From a bacterium (GTDB taxonomy: Bacteria; SZUA-182; DTGQ01): 64,000 nt of DNA. Location: contig JBFLZW010000031.1 in NCBI GenBank assembly GCA_040755755.1, forward strand, positions 64,561 to 128,560, in the 5' to 3' direction. Shown here piece after piece: positions 47,489 through 55,317 of this stretch; positions within the stretch are counted from its first letter, which is position 1; every line of letters begins with the position of its first letter. The notes under the pieces were generated by a model. The model saw nothing but the letters and a program-made list of their open reading frames with translations. It did no database searches and was not told the origin of the DNA. A program made the translations under genes and the position numbers.

Positions 47489-47535
47489 CCAGAAGTCAGG
47501 AGAAAAACAGCCCTTATTCTGACTCCTGACTCCTG
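47489..47535. repeat. GTCAG-repeat hairpin element (CCAGAAGTCAGGAG...CTGACTCCTGACTCCTG)
   Basis: Imperfect 13-bp stem with a 16-20-nt loop. Related copy at 57107-57173. Confidence 0.5.
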
Positions 47536-47561
47536 AATTCTTTAAAAAAAAGGAGTGTCAG

Positions 47562-49556
47562 ATGAAGATTACCCGAAAATGCCGTGCCGTCAGTTTGATC
47601 CTCACCCTTGGTTTTTTCCTCTCGGGAATGGGCGTAAGCTATGGCCAGATCGCACCCGGCCAGTCCGCTCCGCTCTTTTCCCTGAAGGATATCGCCGGAA
47701 AATCCCATGACCTGGCCCAGATGAAAAATCAGCCCATGATTATTCTCTACTTCTTCGATGCAGAATCGAGGCCGAGCCAGGAAGGAATCGTAAGCCTGAA
47801 TCAATTGGCCAGACAATACAAGGGCTATGACCTGACCACCCTGGCCATTACCCTCTCTCCGCGGGCCAAGATCGATCAGTTCAGGAAGCAGACCGACCTA
47901 GGGTTTCCCATCATCCAGGACCAGTCCGGGATCAGCGACCGGTATCAGGCCCGGCAGATACTGCCCACGGTCTGCATTATCGGGCCGGGTCTTCGCGTTC
48001 TCGACCATTTTCAGGGCGGAGGCAAAACCACCGAAGTGATGCTGGTCAGGCTGGCCGAGAGGGAATTACAGAGAAAACAGACCACGCTGGCTAAAGCCAT
48101 CAGCGCCGAGGTGGTAAAAAAGAACCCTCACAATACCAGGGCCAAAACAGTGGCTGGTTATGCAGCCCTCAGGGAGGGGAACCTCAAGCAGGCGCAGGAG
48201 GTTTTCCAGAACCTGGCCAAAGACAGCGGACAGGCAGAGGTACTTGGCAAAGAAGGGCTGGCCGCCGTTCATGTCCAGAAGGGAGAGGCGGCCAGAGCCC
48301 TTGAGCTGGCCAGAGAGATAGAGCACAAAGCTCCTGAAAGATCCTATGTCCATGTCATCAAGGGAGATATTCTCGCCAGTCAGGATAAAAAGCAGGAGGC
48401 CGAGGCGGAATATCAGAAAGCGATAGCCAAGAAGGATGCCGAGCCGTACCAGGAAGCGGTCAGGCATAACCAGCTTGGCCGGTTGTATGCAAGCAGCGGA
48501 CAGTATCAAAAGGCGCGTGAGCTTTACGACCAGGCGGTGGCCATCGATCCTTATTACATCGAGGGGACGACCAACAAGGGGATAACCTACCAGAAAGAAG
48601 GCAATTGGGATAAAGCCCTGGAATCCTTTCAGCAGGCCGTCACCCTTGACAAGGGCGATACCTTTGCGGTTGTCCTGGCCAAAAAAGCCCAGGAGATGCT
48701 GGAGTTCCAGAAAGACAACGAGCGTAAAAAACGGGTTGACCAACTGGTGAAAGACCTGGCCGAGCGGTACCGCAGTCAGGAGAAGTCCAGGCCAAAGGAT
48801 GAAGATACCTGGACCTCCCGGCCCATGATTATCTCCTTTGTCGATTTTCAGGAAAAAGGCGGCCTGGCCGAGCGGGATGGCTTCTCGACCGTGATGACCA
48901 GCCAGTTAAGCGATTCCCTGACCGCCTCGAACCGGGTCCAGGTGGTGGAGCGGGTGCTGATCGAGCGTCTCATGGAGGAGTTGAACCTTGGTTCTTCGGA
49001 TCTGGCTGATCAGGAAACTGCGCTCAAGCTTGGCCGGGTACTGGCCGCCAAACTGATCGGCACCGGATCCCTCTTTTACCTGCCCAACGGGACGCTCCTG
49101 AATCTCAGGCTCATCGACAGCGAAACCTCAGCCATCCCTTTGGTGATCACCCGGCAAATCAGCCCCCAGGCATCTCTGGAAAAAGAGCTTTACGCCCTCA
49201 ACCGGCAGATATTAAGGACAGTCATGGAAAAGTATCCCCTGCACGGGTATCTGGTTGAAGTCACAGGAGATCAGGCCCTGGTTAACCTCGGCTCCCGCCA
49301 GGGAGTGGTTCAGGGGACACGGTTTGAAGTGCTGGAAGAAGGCAAGCCGATCACCTACAAGGGGAAGACGCTCCAGAGCTCACCAAAAATCATCGCCCAG
49401 GCCGAGGTTGTCCGGGTTGAGCCTGACCTGTGCCATATCCGGATCATCAGCCAGGAAAGACCCCTGAAAACCGATGACAAGGTCCAGGAGAGAATCGCGG
49501 AAGCGGTCCTGGGAGAAGGCAGCGAAGAAGGTAGTGGAAGCAGGGATCATGAATAG
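47562..49556 (+). CDS. secreted multidomain protein: Cys-less peroxiredoxin/thioredoxin-like fold + TPR repeats + C-terminal CsgG/LpoB-like domain
   Basis: Signal peptide. AhpC/TSA-like N-terminus (PLFSLKDIAGKSHDLAQMKNQPMIILYFFDAESRPSQEG ... FPIIQD) lacks the catalytic Cys. Central TPR units. The C-terminal region matches the CsgG/LpoB/TolB-N-like pattern (ISFVDFQEKGG...RVQVVERVLIERLMEELNLGSSDLADQETALKLGRVLAAKLIGTGSL). Confidence 0.6.
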   Translation: MKITRKCRAVSLILTLGFFLSGMGVSYGQIAPGQSAPLFSLKDIAGKSHDLAQMKNQPMIILYFFDAESRPSQEGIVSLNQLARQYKGYDLTTLAITLSPRAKIDQFRKQTDLGFPIIQDQSGISDRYQARQILPTVCIIGPGLRVLDHFQGGGKTTEVMLVRLAERELQRKQTTLAKAISAEVVKKNPHNTRAKTVAGYAALREGNLKQAQEVFQNLAKDSGQAEVLGKEGLAAVHVQKGEAARALELAREIEHKAPERSYVHVIKGDILASQDKKQEAEAEYQKAIAKKDAEPYQEAVRHNQLGRLYASSGQYQKARELYDQAVAIDPYYIEGTTNKGITYQKEGNWDKALESFQQAVTLDKGDTFAVVLAKKAQEMLEFQKDNERKKRVDQLVKDLAERYRSQEKSRPKDEDTWTSRPMIISFVDFQEKGGLAERDGFSTVMTSQLSDSLTASNRVQVVERVLIERLMEELNLGSSDLADQETALKLGRVLAAKLIGTGSLFYLPNGTLLNLRLIDSETSAIPLVITRQISPQASLEKELYALNRQILRTVMEKYPLHGYLVEVTGDQALVNLGSRQGVVQGTRFEVLEEGKPITYKGKTLQSSPKIIAQAEVVRVEPDLCHIRIISQERPLKTDDKVQERIAEAVLGEGSEEGSGSRDHE

Positions 49557-50082
49557 AAGAGCATGGCTGACAGGTCTTATCCTGGTTGGATTTTTTTGCG
49601 CCTCCTGCACGTTGCGTCAATCCCTGCCCCTTGGGCAGGGCACAGCGATGGAAAAGGATACTGCAATTGAAAAGGGTGCTGCGGTAGCTGTCTGGGATTT
49701 CGATAACTTGAGCCCATCTGCCGAAGGCCAGCCGCCTTCACTGGGAGAGCTTCTCTCCGCTCAGGTTATGGAATCGCTCCAGTCTCGCGGGGATGTAACG
49801 GTCATCGAGCGGCAGCGGCTGCACCTGGCCCTTGAGGAGCTTAAATTGGGATCGACCTCACTGGCGGATGAGGCCACACGGTTAAAGCTCGGCCATCTGG
49901 TGGGAGCCCGGCTGATGGTTTTTGGAGCCTACCAGGCGATCGCCGGCACCATGCGCCTCGACCTGCGGCTGGTCGAAGTGGAAACCGGCAAGGTGCGTAA
50001 TGCTGTCAAAGGAACGGCTTCGAGCGGGGATATGGCCGAATGGCTGAAGACCGCCAGGGAAGCCGCGGCAGGGCTGCTGTAG
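49549..50082 (+). CDS. CsgG/LpoB-like lipoprotein (paralog of the C-terminal domain of the preceding gene)
   Basis: Lipobox ILVGFFCASC. AVWDFDNLS...DVTVIERQRLHLALEELKLGSTSLADEATRLKLGHLVGARLMVFGAY parallels the upstream domain. The ATG overlaps the upstream gene by 8 nt. Confidence 0.6.
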   Translation: MNRRAWLTGLILVGFFCASCTLRQSLPLGQGTAMEKDTAIEKGAAVAVWDFDNLSPSAEGQPPSLGELLSAQVMESLQSRGDVTVIERQRLHLALEELKLGSTSLADEATRLKLGHLVGARLMVFGAYQAIAGTMRLDLRLVEVETGKVRNAVKGTASSGDMAEWLKTAREAAAGLL

Positions 50083-50107
50083 GGCACACATTCTCCGAAA
50101 ATTCTAT

Positions 50108-50401
50108 TCAGGGATGAGAAGTTATTGCAATGATGGTAATTTGACCTGCATCAGGACCATAATACCAAAAGACCCTATATGCCGCAGGAGTGGATTGTTC
50201 AGCATAAGCTTCAAAGACTTTTTCTTTTTCGGGTCCTTTTAAGCTGGTGAATTCATGGGTTTCAAGACTTTTATGTCTTGGATTTTCAGCTAATAAATGG
50301 ACAGTCCTGGTTACTGCCTTGTACCTTTTTTCGAGTCCCTTGTCAGTTTTAAGCCTCTCTAATTGCTTTTTTGCCTGATCAGTAAGGAAGATTTCAAACA
50401 A
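50108..50401 (-). CDS. RelE/ParE-superfamily type II toxin (YoeB/Txe-like)
   Basis: 97 aa. The C-terminus YRVFWYYGPDAGQITIIAITSHP is typical of RelE-fold toxins. Low GC. 11-nt gap to the upstream small ORF. Confidence 0.55.
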   Translation of the reverse strand: MFEIFLTDQAKKQLERLKTDKGLEKRYKAVTRTVHLLAENPRHKSLETHEFTSLKGPEKEKVFEAYAEQSTPAAYRVFWYYGPDAGQITIIAITSHP

Positions 50402-50412
50402 AACTGGCTATC

Positions 50413-50694
50413 CTAAAATTCATCAAGATTAAGTTTCGATATCTTGCCCTCGGATGCATCCTTTAAGCCGTCCATAACACTTTCAAGGGCTTCTTTATTT
50501 TGAAAAAGCCAAACCTCTGAAGCTGGAATTTCTGCTATAGGTTGTAAGAGAATCTCTCCCCGGTTATTTTTATATAGTCTGACTCTTTTATAACCCTTCA
50601 AAAGATCACCCAGAGTAATTCGTGTTCTGTCGTCAATTGTTTTAGTATCAACCTCTTGAAATTCATCATTAATCTGCAGGGTATTATTTTTCAT
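50413..50694 (-). CDS. putative cognate antitoxin
   Basis: 93-aa ORF immediately upstream of the toxin on the same strand. Start taken at MKNNTLQIN. No confident fold assignment. Confidence 0.4.
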   Translation of the reverse strand: MKNNTLQINDEFQEVDTKTIDDRTRITLGDLLKGYKRVRLYKNNRGEILLQPIAEIPASEVWLFQNKEALESVMDGLKDASEGKISKLNLDEF

Positions 50695-50851
50695 AGTATC
50701 ACCTCCTGAACAGAATATACTATAATTCCCATATTGGGTCAATGGGCAATTCTATTCCTCCAGCAATTCTAATTATGAACTTTTATGGACAATTTAACCT
50801 CACATCTTTCGGGATTGGATAGAGGTTTATAGCGGTTCCCGGTTGAGTGGA

Positions 50852-51223
50852 CTACCTGATAGTAGTATAACCAGATAGAATAGAATGGCACTGAGAAGCT
50901 GTCTGAAAAATACCAAGGCTTGATTGTCTGATTTTATTCACTACCGGAGAGAAGAAGGTCTCAATCCGAAATCGTTTCCTGTACCAGTTGCAGGCATCTT
51001 GTGTCGATTCAACATTGGTGACCAGAGAGATGGGCTCTTTGTAGTCCTTCTCCCACCAGAGGATAGCATGAACAGGACCATAGGCTTGGTTGGTGAAAAA
51101 GACACCTGGCAGACTCACAGGCTTTTGTCCCTGGGGGACAAAGATCTTGCCCAGAGGAGAGCTTTTTGTCTCCCTTAAAGAGCACACTGCTTTTGCCCGG
51201 GCGACAGGCATACTGCCAGCCAT
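50852..51223 (-). pseudogene. C-terminal fragment of an IS4-like DDE transposase
   Basis: Contains the YRKRFRIETFFSPVVNK region, which matches the IS4-family Y-x2-R-x2-IE-x2-F..K C-terminal motif. No N-terminal or DD regions. Its last ~35 bp are repeated at 53818-53852. Confidence 0.5.
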
Positions 51224-51282
51224 AGCTTTGTAAGAAATTATTTTACGTTATTCTGGTTTATTTCAGAGACGAGGCTTCACCT

Positions 51283-51690
51283 TTAAGGAACTAAATAAGG
51301 GGACTCAGGTCGTGGCCTGAGTTTTCCTTCCTTGCAGTCAACGATCAGGTCGAGTTCCTCCAAAATGGTCTGGCCGAGCAGACCTTCGCTCCCCGGAGGA
51401 CCGACCACACAATTAACCGGCGTGATTCTGTTTTCAACCCTGACCATAGCCACTCCAGCCACTTCTCTTTCCTCTTTCCGTTCATCCGCGTAGGTGACGA
51501 TGACCTTATCCAGCCTTTTCAGGCCGAGTTGCTCCACCAGGTCCTGGGGCAGGACGAGCATTGTTGAGCCGCTATCGACCAGCACCCTGACCCTTTCCCT
51601 GCGGATCTCCTCTATTTTCCTGAGATTGTGCTCATATAATACCCTATCGTCGTAATTCTCAATCTCAAGCTCAACGATGACTTCACCCAT
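51283..51690 (-). CDS. retropepsin-like (clan AA) aspartic protease, bacterial single-domain type
   Basis: 135 aa with RVLVDSGSTMLVLP (D-S/T-G catalytic triad in the retropepsin context) and a downstream GLLGQTILEEL flap-like region. Confidence 0.55.
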   Translation of the reverse strand: MGEVIVELEIENYDDRVLYEHNLRKIEEIRRERVRVLVDSGSTMLVLPQDLVEQLGLKRLDKVIVTYADERKEEREVAGVAMVRVENRITPVNCVVGPPGSEGLLGQTILEELDLIVDCKEGKLRPRPESPYLVP

Positions 51691-51853
51691 GTTCTATCCA
51701 CTCCTTTCAGTATCCGGTTTTGCTGCCCCCTGAGAGCAAATATAGCGAATAACCATGAGTATTGTCAATGAATTATAATGTTTTTCACGACAAGGGATCA
51801 GGCAGAAATTTATCGTAACAATGCATCCAATCAAGGAAAGAGCAAAAAAGAGC

Positions 51854-52612
51854 ATGCTGGCTATCGAAAACCTGAGTGTTCGGCTTTTTAGCCGAACTAT
51901 CCTGAAAGATGTTAATCTTCATATTCCTCCGGGCGAAGTTCATGCCCTGTTCGGCCCCAATGGATCAGGGAAAACAACGCTCCTGATGACTATCATGGGC
52001 TTTCCTGAGTATGAGGTGATTTCGGGCCGGATTATTCTCAAGGGAGAGGATATTACGAACCTTCCAGTTTATGAAAGGGCTCAGGCAGGAATCGGCATCT
52101 CGTTTCAGCGGCCTCCAACCATCAAGGGAATAAAGACGCAGCAGATGCTCAAGATCTGCAATCGCAGCCAGCAGGACTTTAGCCCCTTTATCGAGGAGCT
52201 GAATTTTCAGGATCTTCTGGCCCGTGATGTCAATCAGGGATTTTCAGGGGGAGAAATCAAAAAATCCGAGATGCTGCAGCTCCTGGTCCAGCGCCCCCTG
52301 ATGGCCCTTCTGGATGAGCCGGAATCGGGGGTGGACCTTGAAAACATCGCTCTCATCGGTGGGGCTATCAATCAGTTGCTTCACCGGAACTGGCCGGGGG
52401 AAGAAACAACCGAATGCCGGCGCAAAGTGCGCGAAGAGCGCCGTATTGCCGGGCTGATCATTACCCATACCGGCTACATTCTCGACTATGTGGAAGCGGA
52501 CCGGGGGCATGTGATGATGGACGGCACGATTGCCTGCCACGGAAATCCCCGGGAAATACTGCGCTGCATCAAAGAGGTAGGATATGAGGAGTGCGTGCGA
52601 TGCCTGATCTGA
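51854..52612 (+). CDS. sufC: Fe-S cluster assembly ATPase SufC
   Basis: Walker A GPNGSGKTT, signature FSGGEIKKSE, D-loop LDEPESGVD. An alternative start at 51821 is possible. Confidence 0.85.
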   Translation: MLAIENLSVRLFSRTILKDVNLHIPPGEVHALFGPNGSGKTTLLMTIMGFPEYEVISGRIILKGEDITNLPVYERAQAGIGISFQRPPTIKGIKTQQMLKICNRSQQDFSPFIEELNFQDLLARDVNQGFSGGEIKKSEMLQLLVQRPLMALLDEPESGVDLENIALIGGAINQLLHRNWPGEETTECRRKVREERRIAGLIITHTGYILDYVEADRGHVMMDGTIACHGNPREILRCIKEVGYEECVRCLI

Positions 52613-53817
52613 GAAAAGAGAGGGCGCAGGCTGCCCTGCACAAACAGGCCCTGTACGGCCCGGATATCGACTTGAGGCAGTTTTCCCTGACAGCTCCTGA
52701 AGAGCCGTATCAGAAAGACCTTCGGCAGCTCCCGAAGGAGTTTTCCCGGCAGGTTCTGTCCGCGGGCATTGAAACCGGGGAAAAGGGCCGGTCAGGGACG
52801 TATCTCCAGAAAAACCACTCGGTGCTCCACTGCCAGATCCATCAGGAAGGGGTCGAGATTCTGAACATCGACGATGCCCTGGCAAGATATGACTGGCTTG
52901 GAGACTACTGGTGGAAGATGGTGCCCGTGGACCAGGATAAATATACCGCCTGGGCGTATCTTCACCCGCATCACGGATACTTCATCCGGGCACTGCCGGA
53001 AGCCAAAACCACCTTCCCGCTTCAGGCCTGCCTGTATATCGAGCAGGACAACCTGGTGCAGAACGTACACAATATCATCATTGCTGAAGAGGGGTCGGAA
53101 CTGGATATCATTACCGGCTGTGCCGCCCATTCAGGAATGAAACGGGGGCTGCATGTGGGAGTATCGGAGTTTTACGTCAAAAAAGGAGCCAGGCTTACCT
53201 TTACCATGATCCACAACTGGGCCGAGCAGATGGATGTCAGGCCCCGATCAGCCGCAGCCGTCGGGCCTTCGGGTATTTTTATCTCCAACTACGTTTCCAT
53301 GAAGCCGATCCGGTCGTTGCAGATGTATCCGGCCACCTGGCTGCAGGGGAAAGATGCCCTGGCCCGGTATCATAACATCCTGGTGGCTACCCCTGGCTCT
53401 GAGCTGGATGTGGGCTCCACTGTTACCCTGGAGGCACCAGGCACCCGGGCTGAAGTGGTGAGCCGGGCTATTTCAGCCGGAGGGAAAATATGGGCCAGGG
53501 GACGACTGGTCGGGAAAGCGGAAGATATCAAAGCCCATCTCGAATGCCGCGGCCTGATTCTGGAAGAGGGAGGAACGATTCAGGCCATTCCGGAGCTGGA
53601 AGGCCATCTGCCGGGAATAGACCTTTCTCACGAGGCTGCCGTAGGGAAAATCGCCCAGGAAGAGATCAATTACCTGATGGCCAGGGGGCTTCCCGAATCG
53701 GAAGCCATTGCCGCCATTGTCCGGGGCTTCCTGACCGTGGATATTGCGGGCCTGCCAGGTGAGCTGCAAACGGAATTGAACCGGGTGATAGAGGAGAGCG
53801 AGAAGACGCTTCTGTGA
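52591..53817 (+). CDS. sufB: Fe-S cluster assembly scaffold SufB/SufD-family protein (minimal SufBC system)
   Basis: 408 aa with beta-helix SufB/D core. 22-nt overlap with sufC. Confidence 0.8.
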   Translation: MRAMPDLRKERAQAALHKQALYGPDIDLRQFSLTAPEEPYQKDLRQLPKEFSRQVLSAGIETGEKGRSGTYLQKNHSVLHCQIHQEGVEILNIDDALARYDWLGDYWWKMVPVDQDKYTAWAYLHPHHGYFIRALPEAKTTFPLQACLYIEQDNLVQNVHNIIIAEEGSELDIITGCAAHSGMKRGLHVGVSEFYVKKGARLTFTMIHNWAEQMDVRPRSAAAVGPSGIFISNYVSMKPIRSLQMYPATWLQGKDALARYHNILVATPGSELDVGSTVTLEAPGTRAEVVSRAISAGGKIWARGRLVGKAEDIKAHLECRGLILEEGGTIQAIPELEGHLPGIDLSHEAAVGKIAQEEINYLMARGLPESEAIAAIVRGFLTVDIAGLPGELQTELNRVIEESEKTLL

Positions 53818-53897
53818 GAGGCTGTCTGAAAAATACCAGGGCTTGATGATTGTGATAATCTAAAATTCCCCCATTTTAGGGGTTTGTGACAACGCAA
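53818..53897 (-). pseudogene. second short remnant of the same IS4-like transposase C-terminus
   Basis: GAGAGGCTGTCTGAAAAATACCAGGGCTTGATGATTG duplicates 50895-50926 (2 mismatches plus a 3-bp indel). Both encode ...GIFQTAS... Confidence 0.4.
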
Positions 53898-54049
53898 AAT
53901 TCCCCCACCCCTGACTGAAGTTTCCGGTATTTATATGGGCAGAAAAAAACTAAAGACCATGATACCGGAGGCAGGAAGATGATAGGGATGAATAAGTATG
54001 AATACATATTCCCCGTGTTAACAGCTTTGAGGAGTTAAACGAGTATCTA

Positions 54050-54388
54050 TTGGGGCAATGTCTGTCTCATGATGACCATAAAGTGGAGGGGAAGGAAGGA
54101 TGTGTTGAGGAGCTTTTTGAGAAGGAGAAATCCCAAAACATTACCATGTTATACAATGATATTTCCTTAACTGGAGATATGCTCGTAAGATCTGTTAATT
54201 GGAAAAATTACCCTTTTCCGGTTCCGGTAAAAATCATAATTCAAATAATGCCATCAGAGCATCGTGATCTTTTACAATTAGCAGATAGGCTTGGAATACC
54301 AAAACGTGATTTTCACAAAGTGATTAATCAATGGAGTACGGAGCCTCTATATCAATTCATCAGCCCAGTAGGCCAGTTTAATTTTTAA
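54050..54388 (+). CDS. hypothetical protein (low-GC orphan)
   Basis: 112-aa ORF, N-terminus MGQCLSHDD..., possible HTH (DLLQLADRLGIPKRDFHKVINQW). Followed by an intrinsic terminator. No family recognised. Confidence 0.3.
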   Translation: MGQCLSHDDHKVEGKEGCVEELFEKEKSQNITMLYNDISLTGDMLVRSVNWKNYPFPVPVKIIIQIMPSEHRDLLQLADRLGIPKRDFHKVINQWSTEPLYQFISPVGQFNF

Positions 54389-54396
54389 TGATAAGC

Positions 54397-54427
54397 GTCA
54401 CCAATTTTAAATTTTTGGTGACTTTTT
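54397..54427 (+). terminator. rho-independent terminator (GTCACCAA-N10-TTGGTGAC + TTTTT)
   Basis: Perfect 8-bp stem with a T-run, 9 nt after the stop of the 54050-54388 ORF. Confidence 0.5.
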
Positions 54428-54485
54428 GGTGACTTAAACACAAAAGGGTTACCGACTCTAATCAGTAACCCCTTGAGTTTACTGA

Positions 54486-54557
54486 AGCCGGCGATGGGAT
54501 TCGAACCCGCGGCCTGCTGATTACGAATCAGCTGCTCTACCCCTGAGCTACGCCGGC
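54486..54557 (-). tRNA. tRNA-Thr (anticodon CGU)
   Basis: Cloverleaf folded by hand: GCCGGCG acceptor stem, GCTC/GAGC D-stem, GCTGA/TCAGC anticodon stem, loop TTCGTAA (anticodon CGT), TTCGAAT T-loop. One C-A mismatch in the T-stem. No encoded CCA. Confidence 0.75.
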
Positions 54558-54658
54558 GATTACCTGCACATTCAACATCGATGAAGTGGCGAATGATTAT
54601 CCTTCAACCCTGAACGCTATTATACTCAAGCATCAGGATCTAAGGCAAGAGAAAAAAC

Positions 54659-55246
54659 TCAGTCAGCCCGGCGAAGATGGTACTGGTTCATGATTTCCTG
54701 TTTGCTCAACAGCGCCTCTACCGGGACACCTGCCTCCCGGATTCGCTCCAGCCCGTTTTCTTCCTGCCGGTCGATTAAAACGATTGCTTTTTCGACCAGG
54801 AGGCCATTGGCCCTGGCCCGTTCAATGGCCGTGATGGTCGATTGTCCGGTGGTAACTACGTCATCAACCACCACCACCCGGTCTGCGGGATGCAGGTCTC
54901 CCTCGATTTCCCGCTGCAAACCGTGATCTTTTTTCAATTTGCGGACGATGAAAGCTTTAATATTCTGTTGATGTTGATACGCGACACTCATGACTGCATA
55001 GGCGATGGGGTCTGCTCCAAGAGTCAGTCCGCCAATGCCCTGGATGTTAAGATCCCGTATCATGGCAAAAATCAGATGGCCGATACAATCCATTCCCTCC
55101 GGAATCAAGGTTACTTTCCGGCAGTCAAGATAATAATTGCTTGTCTTCCCGGAGGACAGCATGAAGGGCTTGTCTTCGCTGTAGTTGAAGGCCCGATCCA
55201 AAACCAGATTCAATAATCTTTCCTTCATCTCTTTCACGGTTTTCAT
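54659..55246 (-). CDS. pyrE: orotate phosphoribosyltransferase
   Basis: PRPP-binding motif VVVVDDVVTTGQS in a type I PRTase fold. ~195 aa. Confidence 0.9.
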   Translation of the reverse strand: MKTVKEMKERLLNLVLDRAFNYSEDKPFMLSSGKTSNYYLDCRKVTLIPEGMDCIGHLIFAMIRDLNIQGIGGLTLGADPIAYAVMSVAYQHQQNIKAFIVRKLKKDHGLQREIEGDLHPADRVVVVDDVVTTGQSTITAIERARANGLLVEKAIVLIDRQEENGLERIREAGVPVEALLSKQEIMNQYHLRRAD

Positions 55247-55317
55247 GAACCTTTCTTCTTGTTTTTCAGGAACATTCTTTCTTATAACATTCTTTCTTAT
55301 GAGGAGGAAAGAGCACG

